DNA of 32,000 nucleotides from Demequinaceae bacterium (GCA_965250005.1 OZ252279.1:1710001-1742000); one strand, 5' to 3'; positions 1 to 8,776 are shown, numbered from the stretch's first letter. The notes: generated by a model from the sequence alone, not told the origin. Translations and numbers: made by a program.

Positions 1-837
1 TCGGACGGCCAGCGGTTCATGCCCGAGGTCCACCCGCAGGCGGAACTCGCACCACGCGACGTGGTGTCGCACGCGATCGTTGAGCAGATCGCCAGCAACG
101 GCGTCGAGAGCGTCTTCCTTGACGCGCGTCACCTTGGCCGTGAGTTTCTTGACGAGCGCTTCCCCACCATCCAGGCACGCCTGGAAGAGCACTCGCTTTC
201 GCTGGCGCGGGACCTGATTCCCGTCGCGCCTGCGCAGCATTATCACTCGGGCGGAATCCTCACCGACCTGCGCGGGCGCAGCACGGTAGACGGCCTGTAC
301 GCGGCGGGGGAGGCCGCGTGCACCGGAGTGCACGGCGCCAACCGGCTCGCATCCAACTCGCTGCTCGAGGGGCTCGTTTACGCGTACCGTGCGGCGCGCG
401 ATGTGGCGACCCGCGTGGCCGACGGAGACCTGCCGCAGTTCAGCCCCGAGGAGCGTCCCGGCACCGTGGGTCTTCTCCCGGCCACCAAGCGCGCTGAAAT
501 CCAGAAGCACGCGCATGCGGGTGGCGGGCCCGTCCGCAACGCGGACGGCATCATCGCTGCTCAGAAGGAGTTGAGGGCGATTCGCCGACCGGGGCGCTTC
601 GATCATCCCGACGTCGAGGTCATTCCACAGACGGCAGAGTGGGAGACCACAAACGTCGCGCAGACGGCGGCCGTCTTGCTTGCCACCGCCTTCGAGCGCG
701 AAGAGAGCCGCGGCGGGCACTTCCGTAGTGACTTCCCCGAGGATGACGACGCGTGGAAGGTGCGCATCGCAGCGCGGTTTGACGGGGACAACGAACTGGT
801 GCTCGAGCGAGAGCCGCTGGAGCGCAAGTTGGCCTAG
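1..837 (+). CDS. nadB: L-aspartate oxidase, C-terminal ~278 aa (5' end outside the window)
   Basis: The frame is open from base 1 (SDGQRFMPEVHP...). It contains ELAPRDVV, AAGEAACTGVHGANRLASNSLLEGLVYA and ESRGGHFRSDFP, typical of the FAD-dependent NadB/succinate dehydrogenase flavoprotein family. nadC follows in the window. Confidence 0.9.
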   Translation, partial: SDGQRFMPEVHPQAELAPRDVVSHAIVEQIASNGVESVFLDARHLGREFLDERFPTIQARLEEHSLSLARDLIPVAPAQHYHSGGILTDLRGRSTVDGLYAAGEAACTGVHGANRLASNSLLEGLVYAYRAARDVATRVADGDLPQFSPEERPGTVGLLPATKRAEIQKHAHAGGGPVRNADGIIAAQKELRAIRRPGRFDHPDVEVIPQTAEWETTNVAQTAAVLLATAFEREESRGGHFRSDFPEDDDAWKVRIAARFDGDNELVLEREPLERKLA

Positions 838-910
838 CCGCGAGGTGGTCTAGTCGTGAGGAGCCGCGAATCTCTACAACGCTTCGGGCATCGCCTTCCG
901 TGTCGCTCTG

Positions 911-1233
911 GCCCTCAATGGGAAACTCTGCGCGGCTCCACACGCTGGTGCCGCCGGCAACGTTAACCACGTCGTGGCCGCGCTCGGCTAGCCAGAGTCG
1001 GCACTGCTCGGAGCGGTTGCCGGTTTGGCAAATGAAATGAGGTAGATGGGGGACTCCATTGCGCGGAGCTCCTCGTGCCGTGCGGTGAGTTCGCTCATGG
1101 GCAATAGCGTCGCGCCTGCTGCGCGCCCACCGGCAAACTCGAGAGCCTCGCGCACGTCCACGAGCGTCCCGGGCTCCCCGGCCTGGAGTGAGGCGCGGAG
1201 CGCCCTCACGTCGACCGTGCCTTTAGGCAGCAC
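911..1233 (-). pseudogene. Single-domain rhodanese-like sulfurtransferase, frameshifted at the active-site loop
   Basis: The GTG-started ORF 988..1233 encodes a rhodanese N-terminal half (LVDVREALEFAGG...ATLLPMSEL...SPIYLI) and then stops early. In the +2 frame the sequence continues CQTGNRSEQCRLWLAERGHDVVNVAGGTSVWSRAEFPIEG, which is the C-x-x-G-x-R-S active-site loop and the C-terminal half. The frames are joined by a CATTT CATTT tandem duplication. End 911 marks the end of recognisable rhodanese sequence; the open frame itself runs on to 620, antisense to nadB. Confidence 0.6.
1030..1039. repeat. 5-bp tandem duplication AAATG AAATG (CATTT CATTT on the coding strand) causing the rhodanese frameshift
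   Basis: The coding strand reads ctc att tca ttt gcc aaa ccg. Deleting one CATTT gives ctc att tgc caa acc ggc aac cgc tcc, which translates to LICQTGNRS. Confidence 0.7.
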
Positions 1234-1391
1234 GGTCCCACGATTCTGGGCGCGCTTGCTGGGCTTGCCCGCGATGAGGCGCAGGCACTTTGGGCCAGAA
1301 CTGATTCGTCTCCGTGTTCATTGTTGCCTTCCGGGTTCGGGGGTCCGACGACGGGCGCGAAATGACCCAGCGGGGGCGCGCAAGTGGGAAG

Positions 1392-1661
1392 TTAGGCGAG
1401 CGACATGAACATTTTTTGGAGGCGTTCGCGCGCCGCAGACGCCGTCTCGCCCTTGGCGATGCACTGCTCTAGCCCGGCCGCGATCATGGTGAATCCGGCG
1501 CGGTCGATGGCCTTGGACACCGCGGCGAGCTGGGTTACAACCTCCCCGCACTCACGGTTGTCCTCGATCATTCGCAAAATGCCGTCGAGTTGGCCGCGAG
1601 CGCGCTTGAGGCGCTTGACTACGGGCTCCATGTCCTCTTCCGTCAGGTGTACGTCGTTCAT
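1392..1661 (-). CDS. CsoR/RcnR-family (DUF156) metal/persulfide-sensing transcriptional repressor, CstR-like Cys-x-Cys variant
   Basis: 89 aa with the family signature KRLKRARGQLDGILRMIEDNRECGEVVTQLAAVSKAIDRAGFTMIAAGLEQCI. A GAGGAG RBS lies upstream of the ATG. Cys38 and Cys67 are 29 residues apart as in CsoR, but the position 4 residues before Cys67 is Gly63, not His. Confidence 0.85.
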   Translation of the reverse strand: MNDVHLTEEDMEPVVKRLKRARGQLDGILRMIEDNRECGEVVTQLAAVSKAIDRAGFTMIAAGLEQCIAKGETASAARERLQKMFMSLA

Positions 1662-1721
1662 TGCTTTGACTCCTCACGCCTGCATCGCACTAGTAGAAGC
1701 CCCTCCAGCGTTGCCGAAAGC

Positions 1722-1737
1722 ATACCCCCACTGGTAC
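1722..1737. promoter_or_regulatory. Candidate CsoR-family operator (ATACCCCCACTGGTAC; TACC-N6-GGTA with a C-tract)
   Basis: It lies in the divergent intergenic region, 61-76 bp upstream of the CsoR-like ATG and 67-82 bp upstream of nadC. It resembles the published TACC...GGTA, G/C-tract-containing operators of CsoR-family repressors. Only the 4-bp half sites are symmetric, so support is weak. Confidence 0.3.
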
Positions 1738-1803
1738 CCATTCCGGCCAGACCTCCGTCACAGTTGCGAAACTGGGCAAACCCGCAACAATGGGCAAGTG
1801 ACC

Positions 1804-2703
1804 ATGCCAGAAGAGTTCTATCAGGACCAGTCGCTCGACGCCAACTGGCTGGCCGAGATTGTCGAGCGCACGCTAACCGAGGATCTGGGCCCGAACCCCG
1901 GTCGCGACGTCACCACGCAATCCACCATCGGCGAGGATGCCGAGGTCGCCGGTGAGATTGTCGCCCGCGAGGGTGGAGTGGTCGCGGGGATTCCCGTGAT
2001 CGCGGAGGTGCTGCGGCAGGTCGCGGAGCGCTACGGTCTGCAGGTCCCGAGCGTCAAGTTCATGAAGGCCGACGGGGACGCCGTGGCCGCGAATGACGTG
2101 GTGGCCCAAATCGCGGGTCTGGGGCACGTGGTGCTGAGCGCGGAGCGCACCATCCTCAACCTGATGAGCCACGCGAGCGGCGTCGCGAGCCACACGCGCC
2201 GCTGGGCCGACGCGCTCGAGGGCACCGGCGCGCGCGTGCTCGACACCCGCAAGACCACGCCCACGCTGCGCGAGCTCGAGAAGTACGCGGTCCGCTGCGG
2301 CGGCGGCGTCAACAAACGCATGGGCCTCTACGACGTTGCGATGATCAAGGACAATCACGTGGTGGCCACGGGCTCCGTGGGCAAGGCGATCGCCGCAGTG
2401 TGGGCTCGTTTTCCGGATGTCGAGGTGCAGGTCGAGGTGGAGACGTTTGCGCAAGCGCAGGAGGCGCTCGCGGCTGGCGCCCGGTTCCTCATGCTCGACA
2501 ACATGTCGAACGAGCAGATGGCCGAGGTGGTTGGCGTCGTACGCGCCGACGAGGCCCTGACCGGCAAGGTCTACATCGAGGCCACGGGCGGGCTCACGGT
2601 CGAGCGCGCACGCAGCGTTGCGCAGACGGGCGTGGACTTCATGAGCGTCGGCGCACTGACGCACTCATCACCTGGGCTGGACCTGGCGCTCGACCTGCGC
2701 TGA
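1804..2703 (+). CDS. nadC: Nicotinate-nucleotide pyrophosphorylase (carboxylating), quinolinate phosphoribosyltransferase
   Basis: ORF 1405..2703 is trimmed to the ATG at 1804 ([21 protein letters not shown]...). Upstream of that the frame is antisense to the CsoR-like gene. Contains [46 protein letters not shown] and IEATGGL motifs. Confidence 0.9.
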   Translation: MPEEFYQDQSLDANWLAEIVERTLTEDLGPNPGRDVTTQSTIGEDAEVAGEIVAREGGVVAGIPVIAEVLRQVAERYGLQVPSVKFMKADGDAVAANDVVAQIAGLGHVVLSAERTILNLMSHASGVASHTRRWADALEGTGARVLDTRKTTPTLRELEKYAVRCGGGVNKRMGLYDVAMIKDNHVVATGSVGKAIAAVWARFPDVEVQVEVETFAQAQEALAAGARFLMLDNMSNEQMAEVVGVVRADEALTGKVYIEATGGLTVERARSVAQTGVDFMSVGALTHSSPGLDLALDLR

Positions 2704-2755
2704 GTCTGCTCGCGCCCCGCATCGTCTCCCTTGCTCCGCCGGTACGCTGGGCATC

Positions 2756-4270
2756 GTGACTGACGAGCCCGATATCCCGACCGAAGCAGACGTCCCCGAG
2801 CAGATGCGCGTGCGCCGCGAGAAGCGCGACCGCATCATCGCCGCGGGCGGCCAGGCGTACCCCGTCTCGGTGCCGCGCACGCACGAAATCGCGGACGTCA
2901 AGGCCAAGTACGCGAGCCTCGAGGACGGCGAAGAAACGTCGGATGTGGTGGGCGTCGCGGGCCGCGTGGTCTTCATCCGTAACACCGGCAAACTGTGCTT
3001 TGCGGCCCTTCAGGACGGCAAGGGCGAGCGCCTGCAGATCATGCTGAGCCAGGGTGTCATTGGCGAGACGGAGTTGACCGCGTTCAAGGCGGACGTTGAC
3101 CTGGGCGACCACCTGTTCGCACACGGAAACGCAATCAAGTCGCGCCGTGGTGAAGTGTCGGTGATGACCGACGAGTGGGCGATCGCTGCCAAGGCCCTGC
3201 GCCCGCTGCCCGTGCTCCACAAGGACATGAACGAGGAATCGCGCGTCCGCCAGCGCTACGTTGACCTGATCGCGCGCCAGAGCGCCCGCGACACCGTCCG
3301 CAACCGTGCCGCCGTCATGCGCTCGCTGCGCGAATCCATGCACGAGCGCGGCTACATCGAAATCGAGACACCGATGCTCCAGGTCCAGCACGGTGGAGCG
3401 GCGGCCCGCCCGTTCACCACGCACATGAATGCGTTCGACCTCGACCTGTACATGCGCATCGCGCCTGAACTCTTTCTCAAGCGCGCGGTGGTTGGCGGCG
3501 TCGAGAAGGTCTTCGAGATCAACCGCAACTTCCGCAACGAGGGCGCGGACTCGTCGCACTCGCCTGAGTTCGCGATGCTTGAAGCCTACGAAGCATACGG
3601 CGACTACAACACCATGGCTGAGCTGACACGGTCGCTGGTCCAGGGCGCCGCGCAGGACGTGTTCGGCGGCACCCAGCTGGAGCTGACCGACGGCACCATC
3701 TACGACATCGGCGGCGACTGGACCGAGCTCAGCCTGTACGGGTCTCTGTCTGAGGCCATCGGCGAGGACGTCACCCCGGCCACCGACGTCACGCAGCTCC
3801 TAGAGTGGTGCGACGCGGCTGAACTCTCCGTGGATCCCAAGAAGTCCAATCACGGCAAGCTGGTCGAGGAGCTGTGGGAGCACCACGTCGGCGATGACCT
3901 CCACGCCCCGACGTTCGTGCGCGACTTCCCCGTGGAGACATCCCCGCTGACGCGCGACCACCGCGAGATCGACGGCGTGGTCGAGAAGTGGGACCTCTAC
4001 GTGCGCGGCGTCGAACTGGCGACGGCGTACTCCGAGCTCGTGGATCCGGTCATCCAGCGCGAGCGCTTCGAGCAGCAGGCGCGCATGGCCGCCGTCGGCG
4101 ACGACGAGGCGATGCCGCTGGACGAAGACTTCTTGGCCGCCATGGAGCACGCCATGCCGCCCTCGGGAGGAATGGGGCTCGGCATGGACCGACTACTCAT
4201 GGCACTGACTGGATTGGGCATCCGCGAGACCATCCTGTTCCCGCTCGTGAAGCCTACTCAGGAGGGCTAA
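2756..4270 (+). CDS. lysS: Lysine--tRNA ligase (class II)
   Basis: 504 aa, GTG start. An OB-fold N-terminal region is followed by a class II core ([36 protein letters not shown]). Confidence 0.95.
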   Translation: MTDEPDIPTEADVPEQMRVRREKRDRIIAAGGQAYPVSVPRTHEIADVKAKYASLEDGEETSDVVGVAGRVVFIRNTGKLCFAALQDGKGERLQIMLSQGVIGETELTAFKADVDLGDHLFAHGNAIKSRRGEVSVMTDEWAIAAKALRPLPVLHKDMNEESRVRQRYVDLIARQSARDTVRNRAAVMRSLRESMHERGYIEIETPMLQVQHGGAAARPFTTHMNAFDLDLYMRIAPELFLKRAVVGGVEKVFEINRNFRNEGADSSHSPEFAMLEAYEAYGDYNTMAELTRSLVQGAAQDVFGGTQLELTDGTIYDIGGDWTELSLYGSLSEAIGEDVTPATDVTQLLEWCDAAELSVDPKKSNHGKLVEELWEHHVGDDLHAPTFVRDFPVETSPLTRDHREIDGVVEKWDLYVRGVELATAYSELVDPVIQRERFEQQARMAAVGDDEAMPLDEDFLAAMEHAMPPSGGMGLGMDRLLMALTGLGIRETILFPLVKPTQEG

Positions 4271-4434
4271 TGGACGACGGCACCCCGTGGGGTCTCATCA
4301 TCGGCGGGCTCATCCCGTCTGCCGGTGTTGCGCTGGTGTTTTGGTTGGCGTGGCGCGCCATCACGCGTGCCGATCGCAATGAGCGCAAGGCCCAGGCTGA
4401 GCTCGACGCAGCCGAGAGGAAGGACGCCCGCTAG
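4270..4434 (+). CDS. Small hypothetical membrane protein (54 aa), translationally coupled to lysS
   Basis: The ATG overlaps the lysS TAA stop (TAATG). The product [54 protein letters not shown] has one hydrophobic helix followed by a charged tail. I recognise no homology. Confidence 0.45.
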   Translation: MDDGTPWGLIIGGLIPSAGVALVFWLAWRAITRADRNERKAQAELDAAERKDAR

Positions 4435-4508
4435 GCTCGCGAAACCCGCGGGTTCTTTGACCCCGCATCGGCCCGCATGGGAGGCTGACGGAGACGAAAG
4501 GTTGACTC

Positions 4509-4820
4509 ATGGCTCAGAAGGTTCAGGTCATTCTCATCGACGATGTCGATGGTGGCGCAGCAGACGAGACCCTGGGCTTCGCCCTCGAGGGCGTGACGTA
4601 CGAGATCGACCTCGCCAGCCACCGTGCTGATCAGCTCCGCGCGGCGCTCGAACCCTGGATCAAAGCGGGCCGGCGCGTGAGCACCCGCCGCTCCAGCAGC
4701 CCCCGTGGCTACAGCGACGCCGCCAAAATCCGCGCGTGGGCCGTGGAGAACGGCCACAGCGTCCCCACCCGCGGCCGCATCCCCGGTCCCGTCCGGGAAG
4801 CGTACGAAGCCGCCAACTAA
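4509..4820 (+). CDS. lsr2: Lsr2-family nucleoid-associated protein (H-NS-like xenogeneic silencer)
   Basis: 103 aa. The N-terminus MAQKVQVILIDDVDGG...ETLGFALEGVTYEIDL is the dimerisation domain. The C-terminus has IRAWAVENGHSVPTRGRIPGPVREAYEAAN with the RGR AT-hook-like motif. The lysS-lsr2 neighbourhood is conserved in Actinobacteria. Confidence 0.92.
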   Translation: MAQKVQVILIDDVDGGAADETLGFALEGVTYEIDLASHRADQLRAALEPWIKAGRRVSTRRSSSPRGYSDAAKIRAWAVENGHSVPTRGRIPGPVREAYEAAN

Positions 4821-4862
4821 CCAGCAACTGGTCCAGAGCATCGGCGCTACTGAGGGAGCACA

Positions 4863-5933
4863 ATGACGTCGCACACTTGGTGGTGGGGCACCTACCCGGC
4901 TGAAGGGCTGGGCGCGCCAGTGGGCACCGGCGAGGGCCTTTTCCGTATGGACGCCGACGGCTCGACGGCGGATATCGCGCTCGAGTTGCCCGCACCGTCG
5001 TACGTGATTGCGCATCCCGACCTGCCGCTGCTCTACGCGGTGAGCGAGGGAGGGCTGGACGTGGCGGCCGTCCACGCGATCGATGTCAGCAATCCCGATG
5101 CGACCCGCGTGCTGGGCACCGTGCGAACAGGGGGGCATGATCCCTGCCACATTCTGATGGCGCGCGACACGCTCTCGCTTTACGTCTCCCATTATTCGTC
5201 GGGCGAGCTCGCCGTGATCCGCTTGGGCGCGGACGGCCTGTTCGACTCGGACGAGCCGGCGCAGTCGCTTGGGCACTCTGGAAACGGCCCCACCGAGCGC
5301 CAGGACGCGCCACACGCGCACTGGGCTGCCTACGCGCCCGGAGGGGGCACCCTGCTCGTGGCTGACCTCGGGACTGACGAACTGCGCAGGTACGATGTCC
5401 TTCCCGACGGCCTGCTCCGCCCGGACGGCGTCGCGGCAACACTCCCTCCAGGCGCGGGCCCGCGGCTCGTACTGGTGCGCAACAACCTGCTGTACGTCGT
5501 GTGCGAGCTCGACCTGAGCCTGAAGACCTACTCCTGGGACGCTGAGGCTCGTATCGCAGAGCTCATCGTCGAGCAGCCCGCGTCAGTAGCCCCCCACCGC
5601 AGCGGCGACAGCGTTAGTCCCGCGATGTTGGTCCACGTCGCGGGGGTGCTGTTGCTGAGCGTTCGCGGTGCGGACGTCATCTCCGTGTTCGACCTGGACG
5701 GAAACGATCTGCCCTCGCTGCGCGGGAGTTTCGATACTGGCGGCCAGTGGCCGCGCCACTTTGCCGTCGCTGGCGAGCGGGTTGTGGTGGGCAATGAGAA
5801 GTCCCACAACGCCGCGGTTTTCGATCTCGCCGACGTTCTTGCGCTCAAGGCCCCGGAAGAGGCGGAGGAGATCGTCGAGCTCGCACACAGCAGCATCGCG
5901 GTGACCAGCCCCGCCTGCATCTGCCCGGTCTAG
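4863..5933 (+). CDS. Lactonase-family 7-bladed beta-propeller protein (6-phosphogluconolactonase-like, COG2706)
   Basis: 356 aa. It shows repeated blade-like segments ([62 protein letters not shown]) characteristic of this family. GGGAG RBS. Confidence 0.7.
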   Translation: MTSHTWWWGTYPAEGLGAPVGTGEGLFRMDADGSTADIALELPAPSYVIAHPDLPLLYAVSEGGLDVAAVHAIDVSNPDATRVLGTVRTGGHDPCHILMARDTLSLYVSHYSSGELAVIRLGADGLFDSDEPAQSLGHSGNGPTERQDAPHAHWAAYAPGGGTLLVADLGTDELRRYDVLPDGLLRPDGVAATLPPGAGPRLVLVRNNLLYVVCELDLSLKTYSWDAEARIAELIVEQPASVAPHRSGDSVSPAMLVHVAGVLLLSVRGADVISVFDLDGNDLPSLRGSFDTGGQWPRHFAVAGERVVVGNEKSHNAAVFDLADVLALKAPEEAEEIVELAHSSIAVTSPACICPV

Positions 5934-5991
5934 AGGTACCCGGGACCAAAGGGATTCGCCAGCGGCCCGAGCATCAGGCAAACTTGGCCCC

Positions 5992-6732
5992 ATGACTCAC
6001 ACACTGATCCTGCTCCGCCACGGCGAGAGCGAATGGAACGCCAAGAACCTGTTCACCGGCTGGGTGGATGTGCCGCTCAACGAGAAGGGCTGGCACGAGG
6101 CGATTCGCGGCGGCGAGCTCCTCAAGGACGCCGGCCTCCTGCCTGACGTGGTTCACACGTCGCTGCTGCGTCGCGCGATCATGACGTCGGCTCTCGCGCT
6201 GGATTCCGCCGACCGCCACTGGATCCCCGTGAAGCGCAACTGGCGCCTCAACGAGCGCCACTATGGCGACCTGCAGGGCAAGAATAAGGCGGAGGTGCGC
6301 GACGAGTTCGGCGAGGAACAGTTCATGACCTGGCGCCGTTCGTACGACGTGCCGCCGCCGGAGATCTCTGACGCCAACGAGTACTCCCAGGCAGGCGAGG
6401 TCCGCTATGCCGGCGAGCCCATTCCCAAGACGGAGTGCCTGAAGGACGTCCTCGACCGCGCCCTGCCGTACTGGGAGGGCGAGATCGTTCCAGACCTCGC
6501 CTCGGGAAAGACCGTCCTTGTCGCCGCGCACGGAAACTCGATTCGAGCCATCGTGAAGTACTTGGACGACGTCCCCGACGAGGACATCGTGGGAGTCAAC
6601 ATCCCCACGGGCATCCCGCTTCACTACGAGCTTGACGACGACTTCAAGCCCGTCGCCAAGGGTGGCACGTACCTTGACCCTGCCGCCGCGGCAGAGTCCA
6701 TCGCCGCCGTCGCGAACCAGGGGAAAAAATAG
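5992..6732 (+). CDS. gpmA: 2,3-bisphosphoglycerate-dependent phosphoglycerate mutase
   Basis: 246 aa. Contains [25 protein letters not shown] (catalytic RHGE), [14 protein letters not shown] and AAHGNSIRA. Confidence 0.95.
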   Translation: MTHTLILLRHGESEWNAKNLFTGWVDVPLNEKGWHEAIRGGELLKDAGLLPDVVHTSLLRRAIMTSALALDSADRHWIPVKRNWRLNERHYGDLQGKNKAEVRDEFGEEQFMTWRRSYDVPPPEISDANEYSQAGEVRYAGEPIPKTECLKDVLDRALPYWEGEIVPDLASGKTVLVAAHGNSIRAIVKYLDDVPDEDIVGVNIPTGIPLHYELDDDFKPVAKGGTYLDPAAAAESIAAVANQGKK

Positions 6733-6776
6733 AAAAGGCCGAGCGGCCACACGCCGGGCGTGGCACGATTGGCAGC

Positions 6777-7901
6777 GTGAACTCGAAAGCCCCCTCCGGC
6801 GGCCGCTTGATTGCGGCGGTCGCGGGGGCGGCTCTTGTGCTTACTGCGTGCGCCGCGTCCGCGCCGGACGCCTCCTTTCCGAGCGACACGGCGTCGCCCG
6901 CCGCCAACGGGCCGCTGCGCGGCGTCGCGATCTCGCCCCATGGCTTCCCAGCAGATTTCTCTCAACTAGCCGAATTCTTTACAGAGGTTTCTGCCCACCC
7001 GAACACTTCGGTGCTGTGGAATGGCGCCTGGCGGAACGACGTGGACGGCGGCACCGACGCCGGTGGCATCCCGGACGGAGCGCGCCTCATCGCGGGGCAG
7101 GCGGCCGAGTACGGTTTCGTCCCCGTCGCGGTGTTCGGTTGGCGCTCGGGTGACGCGCTCTTCGTGTCCGTCCCGGCGGACGGGATCAACGATTGGACGA
7201 ACGCGGCGGCCGCAGACGCGTTCGTCGCAATGACGGCCGCGTTCGCCGCGGAGTACAAGCCGCCGTTCATGTTTCTCGGCAACGAGAGCGACGCCTACTT
7301 TGAGAAGGACCCCGCAGGCTACGCGGCGTGGGTGGCCGTGTACGAACGTGCGTACGATGCTATCGAGGCGGTGTCGCCTGAGACGCAGGTGGGCCCGGTG
7401 CTTCAATTCGAGCACCTCTCAGGCAACGGCCCGAACACTGGCTGGACGGAGCCGCAATGGGGCGCGCTCGAGGCGCACGGAGGCGGGCGCGACGCGACCG
7501 CGCTGGCGCGTGTTGACACGCTGGCGCTCACGGTTTACCCGTTTTTCGCTTACGACGACCCGCGCGATATCCCCGACGACTACCTCACGCCCGTCCTCGA
7601 CCGCATCGGCTCCACCCCGATCTTCATCACAGAGACCGGATGGCCAGCGGAGTCCTCGGACGCGATCCCCTCGACGTGGGTCGCGTCGCCCGGCGCCCAA
7701 GTGGATTACGTCGGCCGCTTCGACGCCTTCACCGTCGGCGTCGACATCGAGGGAGCGTCGTGGCTCTTTCTCTATCAGGCGGCGCCGAGCGGTGACCTTG
7801 TCGGCGTCGAATTCGCGCTGTTCGCGAGCGTAGCCCTTCGCGGCCCCAACGGATCCAAGCGCCCCGCGCACGATCTCTGGTTTGCTCCGGGCGACGGCTA
7901 G
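6777..7901 (+). CDS. Lipoprotein, putative clan GH-A (TIM-barrel) glycoside hydrolase
   Basis: Signal peptide with lipobox (AALVLTAC). FLGNESD (Asn-Glu acid/base-like) and FITETGWPA (nucleophile-like, cf. the GH17 ...SE(S/T)GWPS motif) are spaced about 150 aa apart. Confidence 0.6.
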   Translation: MNSKAPSGGRLIAAVAGAALVLTACAASAPDASFPSDTASPAANGPLRGVAISPHGFPADFSQLAEFFTEVSAHPNTSVLWNGAWRNDVDGGTDAGGIPDGARLIAGQAAEYGFVPVAVFGWRSGDALFVSVPADGINDWTNAAAADAFVAMTAAFAAEYKPPFMFLGNESDAYFEKDPAGYAAWVAVYERAYDAIEAVSPETQVGPVLQFEHLSGNGPNTGWTEPQWGALEAHGGGRDATALARVDTLALTVYPFFAYDDPRDIPDDYLTPVLDRIGSTPIFITETGWPAESSDAIPSTWVASPGAQVDYVGRFDAFTVGVDIEGASWLFLYQAAPSGDLVGVEFALFASVALRGPNGSKRPAHDLWFAPGDG

Positions 7902-7942
7902 GCAGCGAGCGTGGGCGCCGCACCCGCGCCGCCTACGGCAAT

Positions 7943-7970
7943 GAACCGGGTCCCTTGCATGGCCCGGTTC
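7943..7970. terminator. Hairpin between convergent genes (GAACCGGG...CCCGGTTC)
   Basis: 8-bp perfect inverted repeat, extendable by G-U and G-C pairs to 10 bp with an 8-nt loop. It lies in the 88-bp gap between the lipoprotein gene and phoU. There is no clear U-tract. Confidence 0.4.
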
Positions 7971-7989
7971 GATGCGTGGGCAGGGGGAG

Positions 7990-8649
7990 CTAAATGGTGG
8001 ACCTGCCGTCGGTGAGGTCGCCGGTCACCAAGTACACGATGCGACGGGACACGTTGACGGCGTGGTCGCCGAACCGCTCGAAGAAGCGCGCGAGCAGCGC
8101 GATGTCCAGCGTGGTCTGTGTGTCCCCCTTGTAGCCCTTGGCGAGAAGCGCGGCGTACGCCTCTGAGTGGAGGGCGTCCAGGGCGTCATCGTCGCTCACG
8201 ATCTGGGCGGCGACGTTGAGGTCGCGCGTCTTGAGCAGCTCGACAACCTGGACGGACGCGTGCACCGCTGCGTCCGACATGTCGCCGATGATGTTGGCGT
8301 GAGACTTGGGGATGGCGGAGTCGGGGTAGGCGCGGCGAGCGGCCTCGGCCACATGCTGCGCGAGGTCTCCCATGCGCTCGAGTCCAGCAGAGATCCGTAG
8401 TGAGGTCACGAGCGTGCGCAGGTCCAGGCCAACGGGTTGCTGCTGAGCGATGAGCAGCACACAGCGCTCGTCAACGCGAACCTCGAGTTGGTCAAGATTG
8501 ACGTCATCGGCGATCACGGCCTGCGCCAGGCCCACGTCTTTGTCTTGAAGCGCCTTTGTCGCGCGGGCGATCGCCGAGTTGACGTGCTCGCCCATCTCGA
8601 CCAGGTCTTCAGCCAACTGCGACATCTCGGCCGTGAATATGGTGCGCAT
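7990..8649 (-). CDS. phoU: Phosphate signalling complex protein PhoU
   Basis: The 630-aa ORF is trimmed to the ATG at 8649 (MRTIFTAEMSQLAEDL...), which has a GGAG RBS. There are two PhoU repeats, each with an (E/D)xxxD metal-site-like motif (ERMGDLAQH, ERFGDHAVN). Upstream of 8649 the frame is antisense to senX3. Confidence 0.92.
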   Translation of the reverse strand: MRTIFTAEMSQLAEDLVEMGEHVNSAIARATKALQDKDVGLAQAVIADDVNLDQLEVRVDERCVLLIAQQQPVGLDLRTLVTSLRISAGLERMGDLAQHVAEAARRAYPDSAIPKSHANIIGDMSDAAVHASVQVVELLKTRDLNVAAQIVSDDDALDALHSEAYAALLAKGYKGDTQTTLDIALLARFFERFGDHAVNVSRRIVYLVTGDLTDGRSTI

Positions 8650-8711
8650 GTGGCTCCTCGAGGCAGTCTGTTGCGTTGCCTCTAGTTTGTCAGGGATTCG
8701 CGAGCGAGGAC

Positions 8712-8749
8712 ATGAACGCGAGTGACGGATCGGTGAATTTTGGGTAAAC
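8712..8749 (-). promoter_or_regulatory. Candidate PHO-box-like phased repeats in the phoU / senX3 divergent region
   Basis: On the minus strand it reads GTTTAC-N5-ATTCAC-N5-CGTCAC-N4-GTTCAT. On the plus strand these are ATGAAC 8712, GTGACG 8722, GTGAAT 8733 and GTAAAC 8744, spaced 10/11/11 bp. The repeats are degenerate versions of the GTTCAC units found upstream of pstS. Confidence 0.35.
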
Positions 8750-8776
8750 CACGGGCGCCCCGGATACTGTGAGCGC

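Noticed and set aside
1224-1322. 32-codon ORF (MNTETNQFWPKVPAPHRGQAQQARPESWDRAA) with a GGAAGG RBS between the CsoR-like gene and the rhodanese
   Set aside because: It is short, has no recognisable features and overlaps the rhodanese start region. It could be a remnant of an alternative rhodanese N-terminus, but nothing supports it as a gene.
1405-1803. 133-codon N-terminal extension of the nadC ORF
   Set aside because: The extension is antisense to the well-supported CsoR-family gene and has no NadC similarity. NadC-like sequence begins at the ATG at 1804.
2639-3559. Long antisense ORFs opposite confident genes: 2639..3559(-), 4431..5321(-), 5974..6750(-), 12961..13974(-), 19254..20636(+), 22320..23249(-), 28872..29795(-), 29098..30360(-)
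   Set aside because: All lie opposite genes with clear family motifs and have Arg/Ala/Pro/Ser-biased, low-complexity translations. They are explained by stop-codon scarcity in GC-rich antisense frames.
4448-4459. Palindrome AACCCGCGGGTT after the small ORF, considered as a possible terminator
   Set aside because: As RNA it would form only a 4-bp stem with a 4-nt loop, which is too weak to call.
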